Below, one piece after another: positions 53,976 through 63,239 of a stretch of DNA of 64,000 nucleotides; the first letter of the stretch is position 1; each line of letters starts with the position of its first letter. The position numbers and the translations under genes are program-made. The notes beneath the pieces are model-generated. The model saw nothing but the letters and a program-made list of their open reading frames with translations, had not been told where the DNA came from and did not search any database. Source of the DNA: Poseidonia sp. (lineage in GTDB: Archaea; Thermoplasmatota; Poseidoniia; Poseidoniales; Poseidoniaceae); the NCBI GenBank assembly GCA_965661285.1, contig CBFIDD010000001.1, forward strand, positions 500,852-564,851. The letters are read 5' to 3'.

Positions 53976-54055
53976 TCGAGCATCCCCGTTTGGTTGACCC
54001 ACCATCGTCCTTTCATTCAAAACCTTGTGCGAAAAGCCACACCGACCTACCGGAT

Positions 54056-55657
54056 TTACGAGCCCACCGTTGATGCACGACGGCGCACAACGGAAACGTC
54101 GTCGTGGCCCGGTGGTGGGTCTTCCCAGTCCTGATCGCCGGGCAACACCAACTCGGCACCGAGGTTGACCAGTTCACTGGCTAAACGTCGCTGCTCCTCA
54201 ACGAGGAGGTCCCATTCTTTCGTATCGTCCTTCCACACCTCCCACCGCTGAAGGTTTCGCCATCCGCGAATAAATCGAGCGTAGAGTTTGAGATGGAGTT
54301 TCGCAGACACGGGCCACCAAAACAAAAACACGAGTAACACAGCCACCGACGGCAACTGAGTGATTTCAACCAGCAGCCAGTGTTTCAGAAGCAGTTCGTT
54401 GAGCGGGCTAGACGCACTGAGCAGCGACCACGTGATGAACATGGATGCCATGAACCACCAGAGCGGGAAAAACACCACCGCCGAGAAAACCTTCGCCGTA
54501 CCGACCACCGAAGAATCCAGGGAACGGCGCTTGAGAAACCAACTGAGGAGTCCGTTGACCTTGTAGGGAACGTAATTGCCCGCAATGGCACTCCACGTGA
54601 CCAATCCGAACATCCAGACCAGCGCCCATATCCACTGTGCGAAATATTTGGCGTAACCCGCAAGAGAGAGTTTCTCCGGGCGGGCATCCACATCAAACGG
54701 CGTGATGCCTCGTTGTTCGAGGGTGGAAAAATGCCGTCCGCAATCATCGGCGAGGGTTTGGGTCTCCACGGGTTGCTCCCTCCCCATGTACTCCCACCCT
54801 GCCCGGAGGCGGCGAGCGGCAAGTACGGACTCGGCGTAGGTCGGTTTCACAAGGGTTTCACCAGAGAGGCGTTGCTTTTCAGCGTAAACCAGACTCCGTC
54901 CCTTCCAAATCATCGTTCGCTCTTTCCACGTCAAATTGGAGTGATTGGCCCGTTCAAGCTCGACGGCAATTTGGTCGGTGACGGTCTTGACCCAAGCGCG
55001 GTCGAGGCGGTCTTGTTCCTCCTCATCATCTACGAGGGAGGGGGCCTCTGGCAGGGGCATCGTTCGCTCGATGACCACAGCTGCTCGTTCGCGAAACCGT
55101 TGAGATTCTGAGTAGTGCAGGCCGACGGGAACGAGACTGGGAGGGGGAAGTCCCTGCTCCCTTGCTCGCCTGAGCGCTGGTAGTAAGATACGAGCGGCCC
55201 CTGAGCGAACCGTTCGAACGCCCGAATCGGCGTGCGTCACGCCCTCAGGAAAAATCAAGACGCTGCCACCTTGGGCAAGAAGGGAAGAAAGCGATTGAAG
55301 GCGTTGAGTATTCCGGATTCGAGACGCATCAAGGTCCTTGGAATCCGAAGGTCGTTCAATGGGCACCACGCTCGAGGCCTTCAGTAACCGCCCGAGCACC
55401 GGGATGCGAAACAAGGTGTGTTTGGCGACGGTGGTGAGTTGACCGGGGAGCACCGACGTCATGAGCATCGGGTCGATCAGTCCACTTGGGTGCCACGTGA
55501 TGTAGAGCCGGCCCCCTTCTTCGGGAAGGTTTTGGTCGTCAACGATGTTGATCTCACGAAACCAAACGTTCGTCAAAAACCGATAGAACCGACGACATAA
55601 ACGATAGGAGAGCGGAGGCTTTTGCAAGGTGATGATACCCTCTGCTTCACTCACCAT
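54056..55657 (-). CDS. PlsC-like glycerolipid acyltransferase with C-terminal TM region
   Basis: HX4D motif (HPSGLID), AKHTLF, VPIER, IFPEG, VPVGLHY. Confidence 0.85.
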   Translation of the reverse strand: MVSEAEGIITLQKPPLSYRLCRRFYRFLTNVWFREINIVDDQNLPEEGGRLYITWHPSGLIDPMLMTSVLPGQLTTVAKHTLFRIPVLGRLLKASSVVPIERPSDSKDLDASRIRNTQRLQSLSSLLAQGGSVLIFPEGVTHADSGVRTVRSGAARILLPALRRAREQGLPPPSLVPVGLHYSESQRFRERAAVVIERTMPLPEAPSLVDDEEEQDRLDRAWVKTVTDQIAVELERANHSNLTWKERTMIWKGRSLVYAEKQRLSGETLVKPTYAESVLAARRLRAGWEYMGREQPVETQTLADDCGRHFSTLEQRGITPFDVDARPEKLSLAGYAKYFAQWIWALVWMFGLVTWSAIAGNYVPYKVNGLLSWFLKRRSLDSSVVGTAKVFSAVVFFPLWWFMASMFITWSLLSASSPLNELLLKHWLLVEITQLPSVAVLLVFLFWWPVSAKLHLKLYARFIRGWRNLQRWEVWKDDTKEWDLLVEEQRRLASELVNLGAELVLPGDQDWEDPPPGHDDVSVVRRRASTVGS

Positions 55658-55707
55658 GGCCCCACCTCGACGGCCTCGCATTTAGAGAAAACGCCTGCGT
55701 TTCCCCA

Positions 55708-56925
55708 TCACTCCGAGGTTTCTGTCGTTTCTGGTGCCGGCGCAGACGGCGGCGGCGTGTTGGAACGGTCGGTGAGGCGCTTCCAACGCTGCGTGGCCCG
55801 GATGTACTTGAGCGGGTGGTCCATCCACGGTTGGTCACACGTTCGGTTATCGCCCGGTAAGACCGGACAGTTGTGGTTGACCTTGAGTTTTCCACATCCA
55901 GCAGGCGTGTATTCGTGCTGATAGACGTGCTGAACCTGATATGATGTTGTCGCCTCGCTGAAATCGGGTGCGCCACGGAAGAAACTGACGCAGGATTCCT
56001 GCGGTAGCGCCAGCGTGGCGGACATCGACGCCAGGAACAATCGACCAAAATGATTCACGTTGACGCCACCTGCCAAATCGGCGATGATCTTTTGCATGCA
56101 CGGCGGCCAGTCGCTCTCTTCGGCTCCAACCAAAGCGATGGCTTCGCTGGCCTTGTTCGCCATCAGATTTCGCACCATGCCCACGGGTTCAGCGAGGCGA
56201 ACGGCAAGGTCGGTGGTGACCTCGGCCATTTTTTCGAGGGCTTCGGCCTCAATCCCTGCTTTTATCCGCTCTCGGAGAAGGCGGGCAAGTTTGGCTGATG
56301 AAGCGTATTGGCGCTCACCGTGCAGTTTCACCCAGCCCTTTTCCACATCGACGTTGGGTAAGCGCCATCGAGTTCCGGTGATTTTCGGACAAATTTCGAT
56401 GAAGTCGGCCAGCCCAACCCGCCATTCTGAAGAAGACGTTTGGCGAAGTTGTCGCATGCTCATACCAGCACTGGCAACGGACGAAGCGGGGCTTCCAAGC
56501 GTCTGTTCAACCTCGGAGAGGTAGGTGCGGGCTACGGCCGGAAGGTTAGCAGAATCTTGGATCAGGAGTTGTTCCGCTCGGGCCGCTTCGGCCTGAGCCC
56601 ACCGTGCGATGAGGCGTTCGTCTTCGCTGGCACACATGACCAGCCTGGCGTAGTAAAACGAAAACGCTTCGATCAATCGGCCCTCTTCGGTGTGAATATC
56701 GCCGCCTACGACTTGAACGCCTTCTTTTGATTGCACGGAATCGATCAAACGGATTCGCGCCCGCTGGCGGGCTTGTTCCATCCACGTGCCGTCAAGCAAT
56801 TCGTTCAAGTCGATGCTGTGGCGAACAGCCATGTTGCGAATCCAGTCCGAGGCTTGAGGGAGGAACGGGTAACGCGCCAGCGTGACCTCATCCGCAAGCG
56901 GAGGCGGCGTGGTGGGCACGGGCAT
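55708..56925 (-). CDS. priL: DNA primase large subunit PriL
   Basis: ARYPFL, WPPCM, NHFGRLFLAS, APDFSE.TTSYQVQH, YTPAGC, C..HPLKY (Fe-S domain). Confidence 0.88.
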   Translation of the reverse strand: MPVPTTPPPLADEVTLARYPFLPQASDWIRNMAVRHSIDLNELLDGTWMEQARQRARIRLIDSVQSKEGVQVVGGDIHTEEGRLIEAFSFYYARLVMCASEDERLIARWAQAEAARAEQLLIQDSANLPAVARTYLSEVEQTLGSPASSVASAGMSMRQLRQTSSSEWRVGLADFIEICPKITGTRWRLPNVDVEKGWVKLHGERQYASSAKLARLLRERIKAGIEAEALEKMAEVTTDLAVRLAEPVGMVRNLMANKASEAIALVGAEESDWPPCMQKIIADLAGGVNVNHFGRLFLASMSATLALPQESCVSFFRGAPDFSEATTSYQVQHVYQHEYTPAGCGKLKVNHNCPVLPGDNRTCDQPWMDHPLKYIRATQRWKRLTDRSNTPPPSAPAPETTETSE

Positions 56926-57003
56926 GGTCGGAGGAGAAGGCCACGGATTATGAAGTTCAACCTTAGGGTCGCTTTCTTGACCTCGGCCACCTCCGATGAC
57001 ACC

Positions 57004-57741
57004 ATGCGGCACCTGCCTGAGGACGCAGCGGTCGCCATCCAGCACGACGTTCGCGCCCATTATGGCTGGTCATACGCCAGCGACCTGACCAGCGCTCAAG
57101 GACTACGTGAGACCTGCAATCACCATCCGATGGCCGAAGCCCTGGGTTGGTCGAAAGGTGCTCGGGAACGAACACTGGAGCGGTTGGCAACGCGTATCGC
57201 AGAAGCGGACCACGTGGTGTTGGTCGGAGCGGCCGTCTCGGTCAGCGACCTCGAGCACACCTGGCAGAAGAACACGGTCTTCATCGCGGCTGACGGGGCG
57301 GTTGGCGCTTGTTTTGACCGCGTGGAGGTGCTGTGCGTGGTGACCGACCTCGACGGGGGAGAACACCTTGACGAAGCCGTTCGCCGAGGGATTCCACTCA
57401 TCGTCCATGCACACGGCGACAACCAAGCTCTTTGGGAACGGCACACCGAGGCGTGGGCGCAACGAGGTGGCGGGCCCCTGGTCTTGACGCATCAGACCGA
57501 TGAGGCGTTTCCAGACATGCACAATGTCGGTGGTTTCACCGACGGCGACCGTGCGGCATGTTTTCTGGTTGCCCTCGGCGTTTCGCCGGAACGCGTTCGC
57601 TTTGTCGGGTACGCCGTGGACCATGTTGGACCTTGGTCAGGCACGACCGACCCGGTGCGAAAACTGGACAAATTGAAGTGGATGGAACGCGTTCTTGACC
57701 TGCTCAAGTTCAGGTGGCGAGACCATCCCGAGGCCTCGTAA
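57004..57741 (+). CDS. mptE: 6-hydroxymethyl-7,8-dihydropterin pyrophosphokinase MptE (DUF115)
   Basis: IAADGA, VVTDLDG, VHAHGDN, NVGGFTDGDRA, KLDKLKW. Confidence 0.88.
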   Translation: MRHLPEDAAVAIQHDVRAHYGWSYASDLTSAQGLRETCNHHPMAEALGWSKGARERTLERLATRIAEADHVVLVGAAVSVSDLEHTWQKNTVFIAADGAVGACFDRVEVLCVVTDLDGGEHLDEAVRRGIPLIVHAHGDNQALWERHTEAWAQRGGGPLVLTHQTDEAFPDMHNVGGFTDGDRAACFLVALGVSPERVRFVGYAVDHVGPWSGTTDPVRKLDKLKWMERVLDLLKFRWRDHPEAS

Positions 57742-57793
57742 GGTGCAGTGAAAGGGAACATAATCCTTAGAAGAACCCGCAGGAGTGGAAACC

Positions 57794-58417
57794 ATGGAAA
57801 AGCGCCGTTCCGTGCAAAGCATTTTGCTTTGGGTGGTCGCGCTGGTGCTCATCAATACGCTGTGGTTGAATGTGGCGGACCAAACTGCGCCAAACGAAAT
57901 CAACAACCCCAACCAGTTTCAAACCTACCGGGAAGTGGAAATATCGCCCGTTTTTGGATCCTCTTCACCCATTCCAGCCGAATTGAGCACGGTGTTTGAA
58001 AGCAACAGCCTTGACAATGCCAACGTGAGTTTTTCCATCAAAAAAGACAACCAAAGCACGGTGTTCTCGTGGTCGGGAACGCTCACCGATGAGCCCCCTG
58101 TTTGGTCGGATGAACTCGCGCCTGGGCAGTACACCATCACCACGCTGGTCGAGGAGGGCGTTGATGTCCAACAGCGCTTGAATCTCAAACCCCTCGCAGC
58201 CGTCCAGACGCTCGGTCATGTGGTCCTATCGATATTGTTGGTTGCACTTGCATGGGGAGAACAAGGCGTACGAGCGCTCTACGACCGACGAAAGAAATCC
58301 GAGACGGCCCAGCTTGCGGCGGAAAAGGCACCGTTCAAGACGAAAAAATTTGACACCAACGACGACCAGGTGATGTGGGATGAGTCGGATTCTCCATGGA
58401 GAGACCCCGTGCGTTGA
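57794..58417 (+). CDS. Hypothetical membrane protein (2 TM)
   Basis: TM helices near both ends flanking a beta domain; GGAGTG SD. Confidence 0.7.
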   Translation: MEKRRSVQSILLWVVALVLINTLWLNVADQTAPNEINNPNQFQTYREVEISPVFGSSSPIPAELSTVFESNSLDNANVSFSIKKDNQSTVFSWSGTLTDEPPVWSDELAPGQYTITTLVEEGVDVQQRLNLKPLAAVQTLGHVVLSILLVALAWGEQGVRALYDRRKKSETAQLAAEKAPFKTKKFDTNDDQVMWDESDSPWRDPVR

Positions 58418-58418
58418 G

Positions 58419-61400
58419 TCACAAAAAGTCCGAGAGCGAGAGTTGTTTTGCACGGTCATTGTTGAACAGGGAATCAGCGCTTGAAGCCAGCCAGTCTGCG
58501 TTCTGTCGCGTGTACAAATCCACGCCGTAATGGTCCATAACAAACGACATGACCTTGATGTATTTGCGTACGGCTCCCTCCGATACCGTCAGCGCAAGAT
58601 TGCCGTTGCACAATCCACCCTCGGCTTTGGCAACGCCCATCCTTGAGAGCCCCCGCCCGGTTTCTTTCTTCGGCTGAATGCATTTTCCGGAGAGTGGCAT
58701 TCGGCGATAGGAATGAGCGCATTTCAAACATCGGACCTTTTGCCGCCCATAAGCGTTCAAATTCCCGCGCAAATCCGGCAAAAAGTGCGAACGCACCACG
58801 CTTGAAGCCACCTGACGGACATTGACACCTCGAAGACGATGTCCGAGAGCGAGTTGCCCGTTCATTTTATCGATCATGGTTTCCAAGGTCTTGTAGGCAG
58901 AAAGGGCAGGACCCCGGTCGAGCGCGTGGCAGTCGTGGGTAAATCCGTATCCACGAACCGCAGCGACACTGCCCAGCCGTCGTTCAACGAAATCCATCCG
59001 AGACTGGATGTCCTTCGGGTGCGGTTGTTGCAGGGTGGCTTCGTAGAAATCCCGCTCGTAAAACCACGCCGAATCGACGTTGAGGGCTTCTTTGTCGACC
59101 TCGGTGGGATTGAGTCTGGTGGTCAGCACCAGCGGGGCGTCCATCTGGCCGCCGCGGTTTGCAGGTAAAATCTCACGACTAAAGTTCAACAGACCGTCCA
59201 TCAAGAGCATGATGGCGTCTTCATCGCCGTCGCAGTTTCGTCGTTTTGCGGCGTGGAAGAGAGGGTGAGCGTAGCCGCCCGAACAATCCGCCCAACCGAT
59301 GATTCGGGAGAGCACCCCGCCGCTGGTGTGCGGTGCAAGTGCGCACATGAGATGACCGATGAGGTCGTCGGGTTTGTCGGCGTTGTAGTAGGGTTCCATC
59401 TTGTAGTACCTCACCAATAATTCATCGATGTACTTCGCCGTCCGGAGCAGGAAATCAGCTGCTCCTTTGGCCACGATGAAGTCTTGGGGGAAAATTTCCA
59501 GCGTTTGTTCGTCGTCCTGCAAAGGCCGACCCCTGTAGTCGTGCGTGTAGCCCAACCCGTGAAGCGTTTTCCAAGGAACGCCTATTTCTCGGGGGCGGAA
59601 ATGCGTAATGGGCACATCGCTCATGTCGTAGCGAACCGTCCCGTCCCGGAAGACGGGAAGTTGGTGTTTGGCCCGGAGGATGCCTTTTTCGATGGCCTCA
59701 GGCGTCTGGTCTCGGCTGTTCAGTTTCTTGGTGCACTTGACCTGAGCGGGCAGACGGTCGATGCCCAGACGAATACGGGCGTCTTCCACCATCTCGTCCA
59801 TGCGAACGGATTGGACTTCGCCTCGGCGGTAGGCATTGGATTTGGATTCCTTGGCTTGTGTGCGCCCGCCACACGTCTCTCCCGCTTTCGACTCGCCGTG
59901 GGCGTCCAATGCGCGATGGTGACAGCGAAGGAACGGGGATTCGCGTTCGCAAACCGTGCACGTACGACGGCCCAATTGCACCCGAATCGTCCGCTTGTCA
60001 AGGGCGTTGTTCAGCAAGCGTTGATTTCCACCGTTCAGTTCGATGGGGAACAACGAGTGGGTCATCGGATTCATGATTCGCGGGGCGGCCTTTTCGGGAC
60101 GTCCCATTCGGCAGCCGACGCGAACGGGTGCGCTGTGTTCCCAGCGAAGGTCGGAAAGTTGCCGCACGAGAACCATGATGCCCTCAATGGCATGTTCGTC
60201 CTCCAAACGTTGAGCGGCGAGGTAAGCGGCAGGATCTTTGGGGCCCTCATCGGGAACAGAAGCTGCAGCATCGCGTCCCACGCGGTCGGTTTCGGCGATC
60301 CCCAGGCCGCGCTGTCGGGCGCCTGTTTCGGCAGCGATACGAATTGTGGCGCGCTCCTTTTCCAGTTCGCCTTTACGAGCGCGCTCCTCATCGAGCACGT
60401 GCTTGGCACGACGCAGGGCTGCGAGGCGGTCGTTGGTGACCTTCGCGGCGTTCTTTTGTCGGACAGGCGTTGCACCTTCCGCCGAGAAACCGAGTCCCTC
60501 AAGCAAGGATTCCCAGCCCGAGGTCACCACGATATCTGAACCGTCGTGGTGGTGAGCAAGGCCGAGCAACATCATCGCACCCTTGACGAGCCCGTGTTGT
60601 TTCAAGGCCCACCATTCAGGCAGGTCCCGGGTCATGACCGGTTGCTCGAGGTCAAACGACGGCCCAGCATGAGATGCGGTGGCCTCATCCGGTCGCTCGG
60701 GTTGCAATTGGTCCATCATATCCGCGGACCAATCCTTGGCCCCGTTTGGTAGACGGAGTTGCCGTGTGCTTGGGGCGGGCTGCGCACCACTCGGCGCATC
60801 TGCGACGTCCATCGCCTCTATCTGTGCCCCTTCGACCACCTTGAGAACGGCGGGGAGCCATTCGATGGGGAGGTCCTTGAACCAGGGATTGTGAGGCGGG
60901 GGAAGGGAGGTCGCGAATCGCTTTGAGCACGCCACGGCTTGGGGCCAGGTCAACGCCAGCGAGCGGAGTTGTTCGTGCCATTCGCAACGAATCCAAAACT
61001 GCGTGTTGGGGTCCTCGCATTCCTCCGGGCGAAGACCGGGGGTGCCGTCAGGCCAGTCTCCTCGGTCGGCGTTCAAGGTCTCGAGGAAATAGCCCACATC
61101 AGCGTCGGTCGTGAGGCTGTCGAGCATGTCGCTGGCCCACCAGTCCATCGTGTAACCTGCGGGCACCAAGCGCTTGTTGTTCTCCATAAATTCTCCGTAG
61201 CCGATGACGAGCTCTCCGTTGTCCCATACCTGCTTGACGCGATGGCGGAGTTCCGCGTAGGCGGCTGGGTCATCGACGCGCAGGAAACGCCCGTCCTCCA
61301 AGACCACCCAAGGACCCTCGGATTCGTCGCAGGGCGTGATGGCGCAGGCTTTCCCGGGTCGTTCAATCTTCATCTGCGTCCCAATGGTGATGAAATCGTC

Positions 61401-62516
61401 GAGGGCGAGCATCGATGCGGTGTTGGTCGATGCAGCAGCAAGGCCTGAGGGGCGAGCGCGCCCGTAGCGGAGGCGAAAACCACCGGGTTGCAGCGGCCCA
61501 CCAAATACCGGCCGGCCGGCGATGATGTCCTTCATGAATTTGGTAATGGGGGGGATTTGTTGGCTCTTGAAGGTTGATTTGTCCGCGGTTTCCGACTCCT
61601 TTCCGCGGCTTGCAAACTTCGTGATGAAGTCCCAACCTGGCAGGTTCAACCGCTCGGTGTGCTTCTGGATTTTCGGTGCCTTCAAACACATGCCTTCACC
61701 GATGACTAAGAGGACGCCACCGCGAATCCGTGCCTCGTCGATGTTGCGCACGTTGCCGTATCCGGCACATTCGATTCGTTCGGTCGATTCACCGTTCACC
61801 ATCACCGGGCATGCCCGAACAATCTCGTCAATTTCTTCTGGCGAAGGACGGTATTGGAGGTTCCCGCGATACAACCCGAATTCCTCCTTGACCCGCTCGA
61901 CCTCAGGGTCGGTGGGCTGGTAATGTCCAATGTTCAATTCACGGCGAATCATGTCGGCGATGAGCACCGCCAGCGCTTGGGCGGTTCCACCCGCAGCACG
62001 GATGGGGCCCGCAAAGTGAACCGAGACAAATTGAGAACCGTCGATGTTGTTGAGCAGTCGCACCTCGCTGATCCCTTCCAGCGGGGCGACAAGAACCGCC
62101 TCGGTCAAGACCGCCAATCCCACGCGAAGACCGACATCAATTGATTTCTCGAGGTCGAAGCCCTGTTCGCGAAAACCGCGGGCGACCGACTGTGCGATGA
62201 TGATGGACGTGGTCTCACGGTCGTGTTCGTCAAGCAAGGCCCGAATGTCATCTGCGACTTCGTAGCCTTCGAGGTGCTCGATGAGAAGTTTCTCCGTTCG
62301 GCCGGCGAGGTCTGAGGCCCGAGGAATCTCCACTCGGTCTTTGTGGTCAAGACCGAGTTGGCGAGCCTGCTCGGCGAGGCGGTAGGCGTCATCAGCGCGC
62401 TCATCGAGCCATTGGTGGTACGCCACCATCTCTCGGTCTAGACGGTCCACGTCCACACCGATGAGGGGGTTGCTTTCCCCCACAACTGCGCCCTGGTCGG
62501 ATTCGAACATGTTCAC
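58419..62516 (-). CDS. polC: DNA polymerase II (PolD) large subunit DP2
   Basis: LTEAVLVAPLEGI, AGPIRAAGGTAQA, GGFRLRYGR, RMGRPEKA, EKGILRAKH, LAPHTSGG, HAAKRRNCDGDED; no intein. Confidence 0.97.
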   Translation of the reverse strand: MNMFESDQGAVVGESNPLIGVDVDRLDREMVAYHQWLDERADDAYRLAEQARQLGLDHKDRVEIPRASDLAGRTEKLLIEHLEGYEVADDIRALLDEHDRETTSIIIAQSVARGFREQGFDLEKSIDVGLRVGLAVLTEAVLVAPLEGISEVRLLNNIDGSQFVSVHFAGPIRAAGGTAQALAVLIADMIRRELNIGHYQPTDPEVERVKEEFGLYRGNLQYRPSPEEIDEIVRACPVMVNGESTERIECAGYGNVRNIDEARIRGGVLLVIGEGMCLKAPKIQKHTERLNLPGWDFITKFASRGKESETADKSTFKSQQIPPITKFMKDIIAGRPVFGGPLQPGGFRLRYGRARPSGLAAASTNTASMLALDDFITIGTQMKIERPGKACAITPCDESEGPWVVLEDGRFLRVDDPAAYAELRHRVKQVWDNGELVIGYGEFMENNKRLVPAGYTMDWWASDMLDSLTTDADVGYFLETLNADRGDWPDGTPGLRPEECEDPNTQFWIRCEWHEQLRSLALTWPQAVACSKRFATSLPPPHNPWFKDLPIEWLPAVLKVVEGAQIEAMDVADAPSGAQPAPSTRQLRLPNGAKDWSADMMDQLQPERPDEATASHAGPSFDLEQPVMTRDLPEWWALKQHGLVKGAMMLLGLAHHHDGSDIVVTSGWESLLEGLGFSAEGATPVRQKNAAKVTNDRLAALRRAKHVLDEERARKGELEKERATIRIAAETGARQRGLGIAETDRVGRDAAASVPDEGPKDPAAYLAAQRLEDEHAIEGIMVLVRQLSDLRWEHSAPVRVGCRMGRPEKAAPRIMNPMTHSLFPIELNGGNQRLLNNALDKRTIRVQLGRRTCTVCERESPFLRCHHRALDAHGESKAGETCGGRTQAKESKSNAYRRGEVQSVRMDEMVEDARIRLGIDRLPAQVKCTKKLNSRDQTPEAIEKGILRAKHQLPVFRDGTVRYDMSDVPITHFRPREIGVPWKTLHGLGYTHDYRGRPLQDDEQTLEIFPQDFIVAKGAADFLLRTAKYIDELLVRYYKMEPYYNADKPDDLIGHLMCALAPHTSGGVLSRIIGWADCSGGYAHPLFHAAKRRNCDGDEDAIMLLMDGLLNFSREILPANRGGQMDAPLVLTTRLNPTEVDKEALNVDSAWFYERDFYEATLQQPHPKDIQSRMDFVERRLGSVAAVRGYGFTHDCHALDRGPALSAYKTLETMIDKMNGQLALGHRLRGVNVRQVASSVVRSHFLPDLRGNLNAYGRQKVRCLKCAHSYRRMPLSGKCIQPKKETGRGLSRMGVAKAEGGLCNGNLALTVSEGAVRKYIKVMSFVMDHYGVDLYTRQNADWLASSADSLFNNDRAKQLSLSDFL

Positions 62517-62630
62517 TCATTCCCTCTTTCCCACGACCCTTTATCATCAACACGGTTCGCTTGAATGAAACCATCCTGCCAACAGGACTCCAAAGGAAAG
62601 TTCATGTCATGACGGCCAAGAAAGGTGTTC

Positions 62631-63230
62631 ATGGCCGTCCACGATACCGTTCGAACACATCCCGACTGGCCAACCCTCGCCCGTCTGGTCCACGAGTTGG
62701 CGTTCCTCGACGGAGGCGACGACACGGCCTTCACCCTTGCGAGCGGTCGGCAATCTCGGTGGTTTTTCGACACCAAGCCCGTCATGATGCACCCGCAAGC
62801 GGCGAGCATCATGGGCCGCCTGCTCAACATCCGCATCAAGGCGCTGGGCGCCAACCTTGTGGGTGGTCTTGAGTTGGGCGCCGTACCGCTCACCGCCTTG
62901 GTGGTCGCCTCACCCGATGCCTCCGAGGAACTCCGCGGTTTCATGGTCAGGAAATCGCCCAAAGGCCGAGGAGGACGGAAAACCAACAACCCCCCGGGCA
63001 TTGAAGGCACGTCCCTCGAAGGCGGTGGCGATGTGGTCATCGTTGAGGATGTCACCACGACGGGTGGGTCCTCCATCGTCGCCGTGGAGCGAATTCACAA
63101 TGACACCGACTGCAAGGTGGTCGCCGTCATCAGCATCCTTGACCGCGAAGAAGGAGCCGAGCAAGCGTTCGCAGAAGCTGGGATTCCCTTCGAGTCCCTC
63201 TTGACACGCTCAGACATCGTCGCCCTTTGA
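62631..63230 (+). CDS. pyrE: Orotate phosphoribosyltransferase
   Basis: FTLASGRQS, GGLELGAVP, VRK, VIVEDVTTTGGS, ILDREEG. Confidence 0.93.
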   Translation: MAVHDTVRTHPDWPTLARLVHELAFLDGGDDTAFTLASGRQSRWFFDTKPVMMHPQAASIMGRLLNIRIKALGANLVGGLELGAVPLTALVVASPDASEELRGFMVRKSPKGRGGRKTNNPPGIEGTSLEGGGDVVIVEDVTTTGGSSIVAVERIHNDTDCKVVAVISILDREEGAEQAFAEAGIPFESLLTRSDIVAL

Positions 63231-63239
63231 GGTGAAGTT

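Noticed and set aside
59200-59270. Intein in PolD DP2
   Set aside because: HAAKRRNCDGDED is uninterrupted; no splicing or LAGLIDADG motifs.
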